A stretch of 64,000 nucleotides of DNA from Klebsormidium nitens. Taxonomy: Eukaryota > Plantae > Klebsormidiophyceae. A program made the position numbers and the translations under genes. Positions 60,801-64,000 of this stretch are shown here, in pieces (the stretch's first letter is position 1; each line of letters opens with the position of its first letter). Under the pieces are notes generated by a model. It worked only from the letters and a program-made list of their open reading frames with translations. It was not told the DNA's origin and made no database searches. Location of the stretch: NCBI GenBank assembly GCA_000708835.1, contig DF237188.1, positions 1 through 64,000 on the forward strand. Direction: 5' to 3'.

Positions 60801-60881
60801 GATTGGCGATTCAGCAGAATACCGAGTGACGCAGAATTGTCCAGTTACTATCAGTTGTCAGGCTCGCGTAAAGCTGCATAG
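54884..60881 (+). CDS. SFR2: SFR2-like glycoside hydrolase family 1 protein (galactolipid galactosyltransferase family), 569 aa
   Basis: Exons 54884-55085, 55710-56008, 56743-56909, 57491-57724, 58176-58338, 58925-59167, 59615-59764, 60099-60228 and 60760-60881 join in phase (1710 nt). SFR2 signatures: FFFGLATAPAHVED, RFW, RMGVDW, TLFHHS, FNEAH, DFLGINYYGQE, IVTENG, WTLSDNWEWSDGY.PKFG, DWRF. Confidence 0.92.
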
Positions 60882-63101
60882 ACAGACCAGCTACGGGCTC
60901 GTCGGGCGGCGCAAGCCGCACGAGCATTCGCGGATTGCTGTGTCGTATGTACATAGAGTTTCTACGGACAGCGCTCGCAACAGCGTGTATAGTTCTTAGT
61001 CTTTCGAACGGCCTTTTGTAGAGCCGTGCAGTTGATCTGATGGGTGAACAGAGCTTTCGTAGCTCGGGTCCCCAAGAAGAGTGTAATCGACTTGGGAAAC
61101 ACCCATCTGTTTGCAATTGCCACTTGGACAGTTGACTGCGACATGTTTTAAACATGATCTACACGGAGGTATTGCGTCCTCCAATCCGCAAGCACATGTC
61201 TGCAAACATCTAGAATCGTGTTATGTCCGACTTGGCATGCTGCATAGGATGAGTTTTCAAAGCAGGCAGGGTGCCCCGGGCGATCAGATTAAATACTCAT
61301 CCGCGCAGGATTTTTAGATCGGAATCTGCTTGGACAATCAACCATTCACTTTGCAATTTGAATGCTTAAATATCTAGTCAAATGCCCTCGAGAGAATCAT
61401 GCGTCGTACACTGATTGCATACCTAATTCTTTTTCCGATGTAATCAGCAAGGCCGCCATGGCTCCTTCACTCCTTGCTGTCCATAGGTCCATGTGAAAGG
61501 AAAGGTAGTTATCAGATGGTATTTAAGATTATGTCCGGACATGCCGTGCAAGATGTACCGGTTGGCCGGCCATATGCATTAATATCGTTAGAAGTATTTA
61601 CGTAATTGGTATGAGGGCTAATAGCGAGAGTATACCGGTCGACACGCGGGACAGTGATGACATGAATGGAAAGCATGCTATACTTTAAGTTGAGTGACTT
61701 TGAGTCCCCGGCCCCGGCCGCGCCGGCAGACAGCAGTCTTCCAACCAACTTTAAGATCGACGGCTGTTTCGCCGGCAACTTGCAATACTGACCGTCGATT
61801 GAGAGAAAAGTCGGTTTCATGGGGCGGCCCGTGCTTAAGTTGACTTGCAAATGTGTTGTTGATACTGACTACTTCGAATACCTAGTCCTACTCGATTTTG
61901 TAGAGCATTTTGAATTGAAGGACAGTGCTCGGGGGAAAGAACAAAACCAAAACTCTAAACCAAGAAATGACACGCTCCACACCCGTACCTACCCTAACCT
62001 AAATCAACCCTAGCCGTCCCCCGGGCACTCTCCTTAGTCAACACGGCCCTTGTTCCATTGGTCAACATGGATTCGAGACCTAGCTTCGATGAGCACAAAG
62101 AATTGTGGCAAGGAACCTGGGAATCCACCCAAATTCACCGTTTCTTATCAAATACTATTAACAGTGAGATCTTTTGGATCCACTGACCATCACGTGACAG
62201 TCACATGGCGCGACCGCCTATTCGGCTAAAAATGTAGTCCAGTCCAAGGACTAGCTTGTCCTGCTTTATAGCCATCTGATCTCCCCCCACGTGCTTCTAC
62301 ATTATGATATTAAGATGTGGACAGCCATCAATGATCCTTCAATGATGATGATGACGGTGGCACCGTCCCGGTAGCCATCACTCAGCACTGCACCCGGACC
62401 TCCTTTGGTTGACCATCATGCAGTGACGTGGACGGTCAATGAATGCCTACGTCAAGTTGGAATATTTCTTACGTATCTGCTTGTAGACCTCATGTCACTA
62501 ATTGCCAGGCTAGAAACACACAAGCTGCCACCATGTCACCTCCATGCTGTCAACCATTGAGTTGACAAGATTGATCAATCAGGTTATACCTACTTACTCC
62601 CAGGCTGTATTCCTGTATGTCAAGAAATGACCAGCTGCTGCACTGGTGGCTGAGACTGTACCTAGCCTTTCTACTAATCAGATCAGTGCGCGCTGGTGAT
62701 GGTACTCAAACGGCCCGACCAGTGACAATGGATAATTGCTCTTGCAGCACTACCAACTCCTTCTGCGAAAGTGCTGGGCATAAGCTGTCTCTAGCTAATA
62801 GAGGATTTGCTAAGTCTTTCACCTCAGTAGGTTGGAACAGCCTGCTGTAGGTGCGCATACATACATTGGTGGGCGCATTCGTTTGACGAAGTGTCAGCCG
62901 GATAATGTGGATTGATTGAGAGTAGAGGCTTGAATGTGCAGCTTTTCGAAAGGCAAGGAGGTAGCGTCAACTCTTGTCACGGACGATGGAAGCTGTCTCA
63001 GCCGCCTTGGATTGCAATCGCTTCAAGCATCCCTAACAATTAAGCTCCATTTCGAACGCTTGAACGATAGGCTATCTTGTGGGCTGTTTTGATACCACGC
63101 C

Positions 63102-63763
63102 ATGGCCACCCGGACTCCACCGAGGTCACCAAAAGCGTCCGCTCTAGTTGAGAAAGTACCACGATCCTTCCAGACGGATAACGCAGAGACCCTGAAAGAG
63201 AAAGACTTTGCAGCAGCAGCATCGTCTTTGCACCGATCGATGACGGCGGTCACGAGAGGCGATCGCACACGGAGCCTAGAATCTGCACTGGGTCGGACTA
63301 ATGGTCACAGCAATCACTAACGGCGGTCACAAACACACGGAGCCCAGAAGTTGCAGCTGGCCCGGCGGCAGCTTTACAGCAACCATCGGCATCGGCCACA
63401 AGAGTTGATCTCGCACAGAGCCCAAAACCTGCAGCAAGGGCAGCTACTTGGCATCAATCATTGACGGTCGACGTCACGAGAAGCCATCACACACGGAGCC
63501 CAGATTTTGCGGCGGAGGCGGCTAGTCCACCTCAATCGCCCACGTCCAGAACAGCTGGCATTCGCAACGCTGCTGGCAAAGCAGAACGTTCCGCAGCGGA
63601 TCCAGATCCACCGGCCGTCGAGGTTCCGGTCCTGTGGCCGGAAGCCACAGTTGTTGCTAAGAAGTGGAAGGAAGCGGAGCAGTCTGGGGACCCAGACAGA
63701 GTTGCAAAGGCGAAAGCTGAGTTTCTTGGAAAGTTGATCATTCCGCTCTTGGAAGAGGATTGA
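63102..63763 (+). pseudogene. Longer paralog of the 51686 gene with a frameshift at about 63302-63318
   Basis: The ATG frame stops at TAA 63318-63320. The repeat units ([LW]H[RQ]S[ML]T.VT...TRSP) and the conserved C-terminus continue in the -1 frame to TGA 63763. Confidence 0.6.
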
Positions 63764-64000
63764 GGAGGCGCGGTGCTGACGGTGAGCTTTCTCTTCGCAC
63801 CTCCTTGCTACGCCTTTTAAAGTGTCACCACAACAAGTTCGAGATGTCTCTGCGAGTTTCAGATGCAGCGCGAAATGCAGAAGTTGGCAGAAGCACTCTG
63901 TCGGTCCTTCCTTCCGAACACGTGCTTAGGCTTCTGCTATCTTCATAATGTCCTGAAAAGGCCTGGTTTTGGGTGCTTAAATCTGAGGAATCACCTCGAC

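Overview
Intron-rich eukaryotic nuclear DNA with GT-AG introns of about 250-900 bp and two assembly gaps. The SFR2-like gene and overall gene style suggest a streptophyte alga such as Klebsormidium; this is an inference. Well-supported protein genes are an SFR2-like GH1 enzyme (54884-60881), an RBR (RING-IBR-RING) E3 ligase (about 35347-37393) and two secreted proteins (39005-40732 and 43601-49428). Also present are a three-member family sharing an 85-codon first exon (3976 minus, 16130 plus, 25539 plus), a duplicated small gene (51686 and 63102) and a long low-complexity exon (29179-31398). The main signal is non-coding and matches no RNA family I recognise. First, four copies of a near-invariant, structured 77-nt element lie in two convergent pairs (8929/9745 and 21191/22107). 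Each has a GCCCACA motif at -61/-62, a TATA-like box at -32/-33 and a G-box-like motif near -108 to -113, and each is followed by an unconserved but strongly G-poor, C/A-rich tail. Second, a 257-nt tRNA-Ala-like gene (7671-7927, minus) has intact acceptor (G3-U70), D and T arms, a 206-nt multi-hairpin domain in place of the anticodon arm, a similar upstream CCCACAGAT + TATA promoter and a T5 terminator.
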